From Patescibacteria group bacterium UBA6017 (GTDB lineage: Bacteria > Patescibacteriota > Saccharimonadia > UBA4664): a stretch of DNA of 64,000 nt. The translations under genes were made by a program, and so were the position numbers. This document shows, piece by piece, positions 55,293 to 64,000 of the stretch. Within the stretch, counting starts at the first letter, position 1. The number at the start of each line of letters is the position of its first letter. The stretch lies in assembly GCA_002429485.1 (NCBI GenBank), contig DIZX01000011.1:55258-119257 (forward strand), in the 5' to 3' direction. The notes below the pieces were generated by a model. The model searched no databases. It was not told where the DNA came from and worked only from the letters and a program-made list of their open reading frames with translations.

Positions 55293-55520
55293 GGTTGTCT
55301 CCTAAAAATAAAAACCATCCGGACTTATGCAGGGACTCGCAAAGTCGCGAGCGGTACCACCCTGCTTTCCAGATGGACTCTTCATTATCAACTATTGTCG
55401 TGAGTTGCCAACGTCTCGGTCTAATAAGCTCAATATGAGCCTTTCTTCGAGCAGCTTCGCGGTTGATAGCCGCTTATCCATTTACAGGAATGCCTACCAA
55501 TTTGTGAACCTACTATACCA
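55293..55520 (-). promoter_or_regulatory. T-box riboswitch leader of ileS
   Basis: On the coding strand, AGCAGGGTGGTACCGCTCGC (plus-strand coordinates 55347-55366) matches the T-box consensus AGGGTGGNACCGCG. It is followed by the terminator helix CCATCTGGAAAGCAGGG...CCCTGCATAAGTCCGGATGG and TTTTTATTTTT before the ribosome binding site. The 5' extent is approximate. Confidence 0.6.
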
Positions 55521-55555
55521 TAAGTTACGGCCAATACGCTTACTTCTCAATTTGC

Positions 55556-55813
55556 TCAACGAACCAGATTATCGGCCATCAACTGCAGCCCCTGCAGCAA
55601 TAGCAGCGCCACCAGCGGCGCAAAGTCGACGCCAGCCGTCGGTGGGATGATTTTACGCGCCGGCCCCAGCAGAGGCTCAGTGAGGCTCGTAAGTGCCTCG
55701 AGCAGCCTATTTCCCGGGCTCATCAGATAGCTCAGGATAACCCGGAGCAGCAACACTCCCGAAAATACCGGTACAAACAGATCTACGAACGTAACAATAA
55801 CGAGCGCAATCAT
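55556..55813 (-). CDS. YggT/YlmG-family small membrane protein
   Basis: 85 aa with two transmembrane segments. The position between ftsZ and ileS matches the Firmicutes ylmG locus. Confidence 0.65.
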   Translation of the reverse strand: MIALVIVTFVDLFVPVFSGVLLLRVILSYLMSPGNRLLEALTSLTEPLLGPARKIIPPTAGVDFAPLVALLLLQGLQLMADNLVR

Positions 55814-56073
55814 TGACGCGCCAAATAAGCTACTTCCGAGGTTGCCGGCATGCCGTCTTCACCCTCCCACACCTTCACCGGGGCGCCGTCACTCTTAAGG
55901 AGCAGCACCGCCGGCCGACCCATAATTGCGTATGTTTCAGCTACCTGAATGCCGTGAGGGCTGTCGGCGTCCAGAAGCTCAACCTCAATCTGATCACGTT
56001 TGAGGCTTTCCTCAAACCGCTCCGCTATGCGCTCCCCTGGAGTCGCCCTGTTGTACAGCACATAAATAATCAT
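55810..56073 (-). CDS. small conserved hypothetical protein (87 aa) in the ftsZ-yggT interval
   Basis: It overlaps the yggT start by 4 nt. No signal peptide. It sits where sepF/ylm genes lie in Firmicutes, but no SepF motif is recognised. Confidence 0.35.
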   Translation of the reverse strand: MIIYVLYNRATPGERIAERFEESLKRDQIEVELLDADSPHGIQVAETYAIMGRPAVLLLKSDGAPVKVWEGEDGMPATSEVAYLARQ

Positions 56074-56121
56074 AAGTGCCTCAAGTATAGCATTAGCGTT
56101 ATATCAGCAAAGTAGTTTTTG

Positions 56122-57528
56122 CTACTCGACTTTGCGGCGAATGAACGCCGGTACATCCAAATCATCATCGCCAAGCGGCAGGCCCATTTCCTGATCCGAC
56201 GGACGTTGACCGTGCGTCACCCCCACCGGCTCATCAATGAGTTTATCTTCATACTCTGCTTCCACCGGAGCAACGGGCTCCTTCTCGACTGCGTGTCCAT
56301 AACGGTGTCTTGGAGCCTCTTCCTCAGCGGGCTCAATCGAAGCCAGGGACGGGAACCTCCGCGGCGGCGCGGCTTCTACCGCAGGCACCTCGATTGGTAC
56401 CACCTCGGGGTCAGGCTCAACCTGCGGGCGCTCATTGATAAATGGCTGTCGCGGAGTCGGTAGCACTTCGGGCGTGTACACCTCTTCTGGCTCCGGCTCA
56501 GGTTCAACTTCGGCCTTTGGAGCCTTCATGTGCACGTCGTGGCTGCGCGCAGCTGGTTCGAGAACAACACGCTTGGAGTTATCGAAGCCGGTTGCTACCA
56601 CCGTGATCTGTAGGTCATCATCCATCTGATCGTCGAGCACGGCACCAAAGATAATATTTGCGTCCGGATCAACCGCATCCGTCACTGTCTTAGCGGCTTC
56701 ATCGATTTCGTGCATCGTCATGGTACGGCCGCCGGTAATGTTAAACAGCACCCCGCGGGCGCCTTCAATGCTCGTTTCTAGCAGCGGCGAATCAATCGCC
56801 TGGCGTGCAGCCTCCACGGCTCGATTGTCGCCCGATGCCCGGCCGATGCCCATCAGGGCCGATCCGGCATTCGACATAATGGCTTTCACGTCAGCGAAGT
56901 CGAGGTTGATCAGCCCGTGAACCGTAATCAAGCTGGAGATTCCCTGCACACCCTGCTGCAAGACTTCATCGACAATTCCGAAAGCATCCACGAGCGACGT
57001 TTTGCGATCAATCATCTGCAGTAGGCGGTCATTCGGAATCGTGATCAAAGTATCAACGCTGTCTTTGAGCTCCACGATACCTGCATCCGCGCTGCGGCGG
57101 CGGCGCTCGCCCTCAAAAGTAAACGGTTTAGTAACAATTGCTACCACCAACGCGCCGGCTTCGCGAGCCGCAGCTGCGATCAGGGGTGCAGCACCAGTCC
57201 CGGTACCTCCGCCCTCTCCCAGGGTGATAAAGATCATATCAGCGCCTTTTACGGCCTCATAAATTTCCTTTTCGCTCTCCTCGGCAGCCCTTCGGCCGAC
57301 ATCAGGATCGGCGCCTGCACCCAGTCCGCGAGTAGTCTCACGGCCGATGTGAATTTTGCTGGGCGCCTTAGCGTGAACCAGAGCCTGAGCATCAGTATTG
57401 ATTACTACGAACTCCACTCCGGCAAGCTTAGACTGAATCATGCGGTTAACCGCTGAGTTGCCGCCGCCTCCTACACCAATAACTTTGATTCGAGCTGAAG
57501 TATCGACTTCGGGCATTATTTCTGCCAT
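56122..57528 (-). CDS. ftsZ: cell division GTPase FtsZ
   Basis: [17 protein letters not shown] and the [10 protein letters not shown] tubulin signature. Start at ATG 57528 with an AGGAG ribosome binding site. The ORF track extends to 57615. Confidence 0.9.
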   Translation of the reverse strand: MAEIMPEVDTSARIKVIGVGGGGNSAVNRMIQSKLAGVEFVVINTDAQALVHAKAPSKIHIGRETTRGLGAGADPDVGRRAAEESEKEIYEAVKGADMIFITLGEGGGTGTGAAPLIAAAAREAGALVVAIVTKPFTFEGERRRRSADAGIVELKDSVDTLITIPNDRLLQMIDRKTSLVDAFGIVDEVLQQGVQGISSLITVHGLINLDFADVKAIMSNAGSALMGIGRASGDNRAVEAARQAIDSPLLETSIEGARGVLFNITGGRTMTMHEIDEAAKTVTDAVDPDANIIFGAVLDDQMDDDLQITVVATGFDNSKRVVLEPAARSHDVHMKAPKAEVEPEPEPEEVYTPEVLPTPRQPFINERPQVEPDPEVVPIEVPAVEAAPPRRFPSLASIEPAEEEAPRHRYGHAVEKEPVAPVEAEYEDKLIDEPVGVTHGQRPSDQEMGLPLGDDDLDVPAFIRRKVE

Positions 57529-57586
57529 TAAAAGACTCCTTACCACCAGGGGCTCGCCGTTAATAAATGCGAACGAGTACACATGG

Positions 57587-57615
57587 ACTATAACGTTCCG
57601 CAACAATGTATGCAA
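57587..57615 (-). promoter_or_regulatory. ftsZ promoter (TTGCAT, 17 nt spacer, TATAGT) in the long ftsA-ftsZ spacer
   Basis: On the minus strand, TTGCAT (plus-strand coordinates 57610-57615), a 17-nt spacer, then TATAGT (plus-strand coordinates 57587-57592). Confidence 0.45.
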
Positions 57616-57786
57616 CTTTTTTATTCGGGCAAATTTTGCATTATTTATTGAATATATTTTGTACTCAATAACAGATATAATCCCTCCGCAAAGCCCAAAT
57701 ACCCCAACAAAAAACGAGCCGTTTCCGACTCGTCAGATATTATTTAAGCGTAAAAGTTTTCCACAGTTCCAAGATAAGCGACAGGA

Positions 57787-59022
57787 CTACGGCAGTAAGT
57801 TTCGCAGCGTCTTCTTGATCCGGTCAACCGTTTGACCGATCGACGCGCCTGAGTCCGGAGCCATCTGGGCGTGGGCCATATTCTCGAGCATCAAGCCGAC
57901 CGGAGCGGCAAACGCCGGGTCATTGATTCGATCGACAATCCCCGTAAAGCCCTCGGGCTTACCTACCGTCACCGGCAGCTGCAGCGCCTCCTTAGCCATG
58001 TCCTCAATTCCCTGCATCTTCGCTCCACCGCCCGTCAGCACCACGCCGCCCGGAAGCATCACATCCTTACCTATCTTGCGCAACTCTGCCCGCACCAAGC
58101 TAAAGATCTCATCCAGGCGCGCGCCTGCGATGTTTTGCAGCTCGCGGCGGGTGATCACGTTCTCATCACTATCCAGCTCTTCCATTCGAATCTTTTCGGT
58201 CAGATTGGACTTGCTCGTGTGAGCTCGGACATATTTGAGCTTAATCTTCTCGGCCGTATCTACACTGGTCTTGAGCCCGATAGCCAAATCGTTGGTTATG
58301 TGGCCGGCACCCACCGGAATTACGCTCGAATACAAGATATCGCCTTCTTCATAAACGGCGATGCCCGTCGTACCTGCCCCAATGTCTACCAAAGCTACCC
58401 CCAGCTCCTTCTGACGCTTAGTCAGAACAGCCCGAGCCGCGGCCAAAGGAACCAGAATCTGGCCCGATATCGCAATACCGGCCTGATGAATGCTGCGGTC
58501 CAGATTCTTGATCGCCGGCACCGATCCGCTGATGATATGCGACTCTACTTCTAGCCGCACACCATGCATACCCACCGGATCCTTGATATTAGTCTGACCG
58601 TCAACCGAATACGACCTCGGGAAAACCTGAATGATCTCGCGATTCGGGGGCAGCTGAATCGCTGTAGCCGCCTCTTCTACCCGCACCAGATCTTCCACCA
58701 TAATTTCCTGATCGGCCCGACCCACCGCAATCACGCCCTTTGAGTTCTGACTGGTCACATGAGCTCCGTCGATCGAAATCGTGGCCTGATCAATCGCAAT
58801 GCCCGAGATACGCTCCGCCTCATCAACTGCCGCGGTGATCGCCGATACTGTCTCCTCGACATCCACCACTACGCCCTTACGCATGCCGCTGGTGGGAGCC
58901 ACGCCCACACCAATCACGCTCGGAAGCGCAGAGCCCTCTTCGTGCAGCCCCACGACACAGCACACCTTGGTGCTTCCGATATCCAAACCAACATATATTT
59001 GTTCAGCAGACTTTCCGGCCAC
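57787..59022 (-). CDS. ftsA: cell division protein FtsA
   Basis: Actin-like ATPase motifs (YVGLDIGSTKVCCVV ... DIGAGTTGIAVY). GTG start. Confidence 0.9.
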   Translation of the reverse strand: MAGKSAEQIYVGLDIGSTKVCCVVGLHEEGSALPSVIGVGVAPTSGMRKGVVVDVEETVSAITAAVDEAERISGIAIDQATISIDGAHVTSQNSKGVIAVGRADQEIMVEDLVRVEEAATAIQLPPNREIIQVFPRSYSVDGQTNIKDPVGMHGVRLEVESHIISGSVPAIKNLDRSIHQAGIAISGQILVPLAAARAVLTKRQKELGVALVDIGAGTTGIAVYEEGDILYSSVIPVGAGHITNDLAIGLKTSVDTAEKIKLKYVRAHTSKSNLTEKIRMEELDSDENVITRRELQNIAGARLDEIFSLVRAELRKIGKDVMLPGGVVLTGGGAKMQGIEDMAKEALQLPVTVGKPEGFTGIVDRINDPAFAAPVGLMLENMAHAQMAPDSGASIGQTVDRIKKTLRNLLP

Positions 59023-59157
59023 GCGTTTTCAGTGCTCCATATGCAAATATTATAGTTCTTATGGACCCGTGTGTACAATATTGAATAAATTATTCTTACA
59101 CCCCGATAGCTGATCGGCTAGCTCAATAGATGAACACAATATGTATCCAACACGTCC

Positions 59158-59925
59158 CTATCGAGTGATAATTTCGAATCCGTCTTCGGTCACCAATACC
59201 GTGTGTTCAAATTGCGCACTCAAGCTGCCGTCGGTCGTCTTGATGGTCCAGCCATCGTCCTCTACAAAAATATCGTATCCGCCCAGCGTAGCCATCGGCT
59301 CGATTGCAATCGACATACCCGCCTTCAATCTGGCCCCTGTCCCAGCGCGGCCGTAGTTGAGAATCAGCGGATCTTCATGCACGTGATGCCCCACTCCATG
59401 CCCGCTCAGTTCCTCGACAACTCCAAGCTTATCTTTGCGCAGTCGCACCTCGACAGCGTGCGAAATATCTCCCACTCTAGCGCCGGGCTTCACCTGAGCG
59501 ATTCCCAAATCGAGAGCCTGAGAGGTAGCGCTCAGTAATCGCTGCACGGCCGGCGTGGTCTTGCCTCCGGCCACCACCGTCACCGCCCCATCGGTAATCA
59601 TCCCTTCGTATGTCACTCCAAAGTCCAATCCTACCAAATCACCCGCCTTGATCACTCGAGATCCGGGTATGCCATGAACGATTTCATCGTTCACCGAAAT
59701 ACAGATGGTCGAAGGAAACGGTGTACTGTGCCGATCCGGCCGGTAATGCAAAAACGCCGGCTCGCCGCCCAGAGCCGCCAGCTCACGTGCCGCCATATCG
59801 CCCAAATAGCCAGTAGTTTGACCGGGCTCAAGCTCCGCCGAAAGGCGGCGCAGAACTTCCGCCAGTATACCGCCGCTCGTACGTAACCTTCGGATCTCTA
59901 CCGGAGTTTTTGGTTGATTCATCAT
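59158..59925 (-). CDS. map: methionine aminopeptidase type I
   Basis: Metal-ligand context (GDLVGLDFGVTYEGMITDGAVTV ... HGVGHHVHE ... IAIEPM). Confidence 0.85.
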   Translation of the reverse strand: MMNQPKTPVEIRRLRTSGGILAEVLRRLSAELEPGQTTGYLGDMAARELAALGGEPAFLHYRPDRHSTPFPSTICISVNDEIVHGIPGSRVIKAGDLVGLDFGVTYEGMITDGAVTVVAGGKTTPAVQRLLSATSQALDLGIAQVKPGARVGDISHAVEVRLRKDKLGVVEELSGHGVGHHVHEDPLILNYGRAGTGARLKAGMSIAIEPMATLGGYDIFVEDDGWTIKTTDGSLSAQFEHTVLVTEDGFEIITR

Positions 59926-60452
59926 GATACTGCCGCCTTTACCAGTGCCTGGACTTCTTCAATCGTCCCTCGGCCGTCTATTCGTTTAACGAGTCCCAGT
60001 TGTTCGTAATGCTCAACCACCGGCCGAGTTTTTTGCTGATACATATCCCACTTTTCCCGTACAGCCTCGGGAGAATCATCAGCTCGATCTCTTAATCCCA
60101 GCCGCTTTTGAATCGTTTCAAAATCAAGCTCGATCAAAATGACCGCTTTTAGATGCCGTTTATGTCCTGGCAATTCTTCGTCCAACCAGCGAACGTTGCT
60201 CATTGTTCTGGGGAAGCCATCGAGAATGATCGGCTGCCCCGGCGGTATCGCGTCCACGGCTTTGCCGACAATCGCTTCAACCTCTTCCGCCGGCGCCAAG
60301 CGGCCGTCAGCTAGCAGCGCTGCAGCATGCGGGTTCTGCCGCAGTAAATTTCCACTCGATAAATGCACGCCGCCCATCTCGCTCGCAAGCAGATCACCCT
60401 GAACCGATTTACCAGCTCCGGTCGGTCCCATCAGTACAATTAGTTCGGCCAT
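59922..60452 (-). CDS. adk: adenylate kinase (short form)
   Basis: P-loop LMGPTGAGKSVQGDLLA; 176 aa. It lies upstream of map, as in secY-adk-map operons. Confidence 0.8.
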   Translation of the reverse strand: MAELIVLMGPTGAGKSVQGDLLASEMGGVHLSSGNLLRQNPHAAALLADGRLAPAEEVEAIVGKAVDAIPPGQPIILDGFPRTMSNVRWLDEELPGHKRHLKAVILIELDFETIQKRLGLRDRADDSPEAVREKWDMYQQKTRPVVEHYEQLGLVKRIDGRGTIEEVQALVKAAVS

Positions 60453-60871
60453 ATCAGCCTCAAAATGTGCGGTCCGAAAATCACGGTACCGATAGCTGCC
60501 GCAGCGACCGCAGCCACTAGCACTGCCCCGGCGGCCATATCCTTAATCAGCTTAATTCGCGGATTCTCCTGAATATCAATCAGATCCAACGTCCGTTCAA
60601 TAATGGTATTAAAGATTTCGGTCAAAAATACGATAACCACGGCAAAGAACACGGCCGCCAACTCCACGTCCGATACCCTCAGCAGCAAACCGAGCGCAAA
60701 CGCCATGACCGCAAACAACAAGTGCACCCGTGCATTATGCTCGTGCTCAAAAACGTGCAGCACTCCATGCATCGCGTGCCGCAGACCATTAAGAAAGCCC
60801 CCCTGAGAACCGGGATGCACTCGCGCAGAGTGATCATCCACGGCCGCCTGGACCTCTGGCTGGTGGCTCAT
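60440..60871 (-). CDS. dgkA: DgkA-family lipid kinase (diacylglycerol or undecaprenol kinase)
   Basis: 143 aa with three transmembrane segments and a conserved ...EIFNTIIE...D... core. Confidence 0.65.
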   Translation of the reverse strand: MSHQPEVQAAVDDHSARVHPGSQGGFLNGLRHAMHGVLHVFEHEHNARVHLLFAVMAFALGLLLRVSDVELAAVFFAVVIVFLTEIFNTIIERTLDLIDIQENPRIKLIKDMAAGAVLVAAVAAAAIGTVIFGPHILRLIWPN

Positions 60872-61314
60872 AAACCCAACCTGGAGCGAACCGCTTGCGA
60901 CACCGCGCCGCCGTCGGCCGTGGCTCCTACCCGCTTCATCACCGCCCCGATCACCTGACCCATTTGCTTCATGTCTGTGGCGCCCAACTGCGTCACCACC
61001 TCATCCACAGCCTTCGCGAGCTCATCCACGCTCAAAGCCACCGGCAAATACGCCGCGATCACCTTCAGCTCAGACTCCTCTACGGCCAATAGATCGTCAC
61101 GTCCGGCCGTGCGGTAAGCATCGATCGAATCCCGGCGCTGCTTAGCTTCGCGCTGCAGCACTTTGAGCGCCTCCTCGTCGCTCAACGGATGGCCGACTTT
61201 GATCTCTTCGTATTTCATTGAGCTGCGCAGCAGCCGCAGCACACCGGTACGTTCAGTGTCTCCCGCCAGCATGCTGGCTTTCATGTCTTGAGCTAGTTGT
61301 TCAATAATACTCAC
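60868..61314 (-). CDS. GatB/YqeY-domain protein
   Basis: 148 aa helical protein adjacent to rpsU, as in rpsU-yqeY of Firmicutes. Confidence 0.65.
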   Translation of the reverse strand: MSIIEQLAQDMKASMLAGDTERTGVLRLLRSSMKYEEIKVGHPLSDEEALKVLQREAKQRRDSIDAYRTAGRDDLLAVEESELKVIAAYLPVALSVDELAKAVDEVVTQLGATDMKQMGQVIGAVMKRVGATADGGAVSQAVRSRLGL

Positions 61315-61392
61315 GTCTATATCCTGAATTCTTGTGTTTATTGTATCAAAGAAAAGCCCCCGTCTCAGGGGGTTCTCATTTGATCGTAAGTT

Positions 61393-61602
61393 CTAGTGAC
61401 CTAAATAAGCCTTAGCCTTGGCAGCCTTGCGGGCCGTTTTTCGGATGGCGATCTCGCGCTTGGCGCGCTTGGTCAAATCCTTCTCGAAATATTTACCGCG
61501 GCGGGCAATTCCGAGTACACCAGATTGCTGCACTTTCTTGTTGAAGCGCCGGATCATGTTCTCTAACGACTCTTTGTCGTCTTTGCGTGTTACTTGAAGC
61601 AT
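61393..61602 (-). CDS. rpsU: 30S ribosomal protein S21
   Basis: MLQVTRKDDKESLENMIRRFNKKVQQSGVL...KYFEKDLTKRAKREIAIRKTARK. Confidence 0.9.
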   Translation of the reverse strand: MLQVTRKDDKESLENMIRRFNKKVQQSGVLGIARRGKYFEKDLTKRAKREIAIRKTARKAAKAKAYLGH

Positions 61603-61738
61603 TTTGTTATCACCTCCTCTCGGCTGGCGTTGGAATTCAAATTAATTCGACCTGAGTATCCTACCAGATATTGGTCCATGCAGCAAGAATCCCACTCAAC
61701 GAGATACCGACCCGCGACCATCCCCGGAGGCTGGGCCG

Positions 61739-62050
61739 CTAGCTAGGCTTATACCTTGAATCGCTCATGATATGAAAATGGAGGTGATCAATTTCCTTAC
61801 CCTGAATAAGAACCTTATTGGCTTCCTCTAGTCCGTATTGCTTGATCACTTCCCGGACTGCCATTATCATCCGGCCCGCGAGATGCTCATCGTCCAGTGC
61901 ATCGATATTCTTCACGTGCTGCTTCGGCACCACCAACACATGTACCGGTGCCAAAGGTTTAATGGTCTCGAACGCCGCCGCCACGTCATTCTCCCATACC
62001 AGTTTTCCAGTTTCGCCGCTAACGATTGAGCAAAATATACAATTTTCCAT
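61739..62050 (-). CDS. HIT-family nucleotide hydrolase
   Basis: CIFCSI.. and the histidine triad HLHFHI. Start taken at MENCIFC (ATG 62050). Confidence 0.75.
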   Translation of the reverse strand: MENCIFCSIVSGETGKLVWENDVAAAFETIKPLAPVHVLVVPKQHVKNIDALDDEHLAGRMIMAVREVIKQYGLEEANKVLIQGKEIDHLHFHIMSDSRYKPS

Positions 62051-62174
62051 GAGCCCATTATAGCAACTACGCTCTGCCGCACTCAAGCCTGCCTCGCTTG
62101 TCCGCTTGGTCGATTTTGCCTTTCTCAAGCCGCTTATGATTGACTAGACCCCATATTTAGCCCAAAATACCGAA

Positions 62175-62831
62175 TTGCTTAAAGTTGTGGCCCAATTCAT
62201 GCCTTTCAATCTGAAAACCACAATTCTCGCCAGCACCGCGCTGGCCGGATTGCTCAATCTGGTTCAGTTTACCTCCAGCTATAATCAGCACGCCCAAGCC
62301 TCCTTTGCGCCCAACTGGGCCGAGGCAACGGCCGGACGGCCAACCCCGCGGCCGATCGCGCCTCGTGCCGCAACAGCCGCTACAGTGGCCGCCGTGCCGC
62401 TAACGGCACCGGACACCGTTGCGGCTCCGGTGGCCGCAGCCCAAGCCAAACTCAGTGCCGCCGGCCTCAAGCCGGCCTTTGCCGCCAACTACCTGGCCGT
62501 ACAAGCCCAAACCGGAACCCCCTGGCAGCTACTGGCGGCTGTGCACCGCATCGAGACAGGCCAAAGCGGCGACACCACCCGAAGCTCCTACGCCGGCGCT
62601 ACCGGCCCGATGCAGTTTATGCCCGCCACCTTTAACCACTACGCCCTCGACGGCGACGGCAACGGCACCAAAGACATCCATGACCTGGACGACGCCCTCC
62701 TCACCGCCGGACGCTACCTTGCCGCCGGTGGTGCAGCCCGCGGCAACTACCAAACCGCCCTATTCAACTACAATCATTCCAACACCTACGTCGCCAACGT
62801 CCTCGCCATCGCCCACCGCCTCGGCCTGTAG
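62175..62831 (+). CDS. lytic murein transglycosylase (MltB/SLT-like)
   Basis: GATGPMQFMPATFNHYALDGDGNG matches the MltB-type catalytic region. Signal-like N-terminus and an Ala/Pro-rich linker. Confidence 0.6.
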   Translation: MLKVVAQFMPFNLKTTILASTALAGLLNLVQFTSSYNQHAQASFAPNWAEATAGRPTPRPIAPRAATAATVAAVPLTAPDTVAAPVAAAQAKLSAAGLKPAFAANYLAVQAQTGTPWQLLAAVHRIETGQSGDTTRSSYAGATGPMQFMPATFNHYALDGDGNGTKDIHDLDDALLTAGRYLAAGGAARGNYQTALFNYNHSNTYVANVLAIAHRLGL

Positions 62832-62966
62832 TAACAAAGGTGGAGCGAAGTAAATAAATGCTAGTCGCAGCGAGCGCCAGACAACACAGCGCAAACAATA
62901 GGCATACGGGTTGAGTTCGTGAGCAAGGCTAGCGTTATTCGCGCAGCACAAAATCTAGCTATCTAG

Positions 62967-63731
62967 CTATTTGGATTCGTTCGCCAAGAATTCCTTCACA
63001 CTCGTGACCGTATCCATAAACTGCGCCGGAAAGATGATCGTCGAGTTGTTCTCTGTGGCAATCTCACTCATCACCTGCAAATTTCGCAGTTGCAACGCAA
63101 TCGGATGAGCCGCAATGATGTCGGCCGCCTGCCCCAGCTTCTCCGCGCTTTCGTATTCACCCGAAGCCGCAATGATTTTCGCCCGCTTCTCGCGTTCGGC
63201 CTCAGCCTGCTTAGCCATAGCCCGCTGCATGGTGTCGGGCAGCTGGATATCCTTAAGCTCAACCCGTGTCAGCTCCACCCCCCACTGCTCCACCGTGTTC
63301 TCGAGCATCGTCATCACCTTCTTGTTGATCTGGTCGGTGGAAGACAGCACTTCATCGAGCGGATACTGACCCACAATGTTTCGCACTGTGGTTTGAGAAA
63401 TCTGATTAATCGCCATCATCACGTTATCGATCGCCACCAGCGACCTGGTCGGCTCAACTACGTGGTAGTAAGCCACCGCCGCCACGTCAATCGACACGTT
63501 ATCTTTTGTGATCACCTTCTGCGACGGAATCGGCATCGTTACGATGCGCATATTTACCTTGCGCATAACGTCCACTATCGGAATAATCACCCTTAAACCC
63601 GGCTCCTTTGGCGCTGGCGTCACCCGGCCAAACCGAAACACCACGCCGCGCTCATACTGCTGTACCACGCGCAAACCAAACACAACTACGATCACCGCTA
63701 TAGTAATCAGAAAGTACATCAAATCCATCAC
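62967..63731 (-). CDS. SPFH/band-7 (stomatin/prohibitin-like) membrane protein
   Basis: N-terminal transmembrane segment, then [16 protein letters not shown] and a band-7 core. Confidence 0.8.
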   Translation of the reverse strand: MMDLMYFLITIAVIVVVFGLRVVQQYERGVVFRFGRVTPAPKEPGLRVIIPIVDVMRKVNMRIVTMPIPSQKVITKDNVSIDVAAVAYYHVVEPTRSLVAIDNVMMAINQISQTTVRNIVGQYPLDEVLSSTDQINKKVMTMLENTVEQWGVELTRVELKDIQLPDTMQRAMAKQAEAEREKRAKIIAASGEYESAEKLGQAADIIAAHPIALQLRNLQVMSEIATENNSTIIFPAQFMDTVTSVKEFLANESK

Positions 63732-63773
63732 TATCTCCAGTCGCTTATCTAGAAAATATTATGCGCTTTTTGG

Positions 63774-64000
63774 CTAAACAATGCCAAATCGTGACCGCAG
63801 TTCGGCCACAATGCCGTTCAACGGCAGGATCTCCTGAGCTCCCGAGGCCATATCGCGCAGTATCACCGTCTCTTCGCGCACCTCTTTTTGGCCGATAATA
63901 ATTGCCAGCGGCACCCCGAGCTTATCTGCCCGAGCCAACTGCGATCCGATGCCGTCGCGGTCGACTGCGCCCAGCGCCCCCACGCTGCCGTCGAGCAGCT
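63774..64000 (-). CDS. hisS: histidyl-tRNA synthetase, C-terminal anticodon-binding domain (5' part outside the window)
   Basis: SQLARADKLGVPLAIIIGQKEVREETVILRDMASGAQEILPL resembles the HisS anticodon-binding domain ([37 protein letters not shown]). The minus-strand reading frame stays open to the window end. Confidence 0.65.
   Translation of the reverse strand, partial: LLDGSVGALGAVDRDGIGSQLARADKLGVPLAIIIGQKEVREETVILRDMASGAQEILPLNGIVAELRSRFGIV

Noticed and set aside
57440-57835. 131-aa plus-strand ORF spanning the ftsA-ftsZ spacer
   Set aside because: It runs antisense across the ftsZ start and promoter region and has low-complexity composition. The spacer is better explained by regulatory elements.

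Overview
This window looks like bacterial chromosome with a monoderm-type gene order. It appears GC-rich by eye; I did not compute GC content. Housekeeping genes flank a roughly 39 kb accessory island at about 10.3-49.8 kb that is devoted to cell-surface proteins.

Left flank, in order: rpsB (partial), rpmE, prfA, a P-loop kinase, prmC, an HtrA-like protease, a membrane protein, an LCP family protein, signal peptidase I, parB and parA.

Right flank, in order: rplU, a HAD hydrolase, a SEDS protein, a small strongly signalled ORF, eukaryote-type ileS preceded by a T-box leader, yggT, an 87-aa ORF, ftsZ, ftsA, map, adk, dgkA, a yqeY-like gene, rpsU, a HIT gene, an MltB-like transglycosylase, an SPFH gene and hisS (partial).

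The island encodes:
- three giant secreted proteins (2114, 1533 and 2629 aa), two of which share an N-terminal domain and each of which is followed by a small homologous membrane-anchored partner;
- two paralogous gene modules on the minus strand, each combining (a) secreted proteins that by eye resemble Csu / spore-coat-protein-U (SCPU) pilin subunits, usually as tandem double domains with a conserved C-terminal strand motif ending in Phe or Tyr, (b) membrane-tethered proteins with two Ig-like domains and a C-terminal transmembrane anchor, whose size and F1/G1-like motif recall PapD-type chaperones and WxL-locus DUF916 proteins, and (c) a PKD-domain protein with two transmembrane helices;
- a beta-helical type-II membrane protein on the plus strand at the outer boundary of each module;
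- an IS200-like Y1 (HUH) transposase.

No usher-like gene is present. My main hypothesis is therefore an usher-less, membrane-tethered-chaperone fibre assembly system of the archaic chaperone-usher type, adapted to a cell without an outer membrane. A recurrent promoter-proximal motif with core GCATAAGC / TATGCT marks at least nine genes of the island.

All protein family calls rest on motifs read by eye from the translations. I ran no searches.
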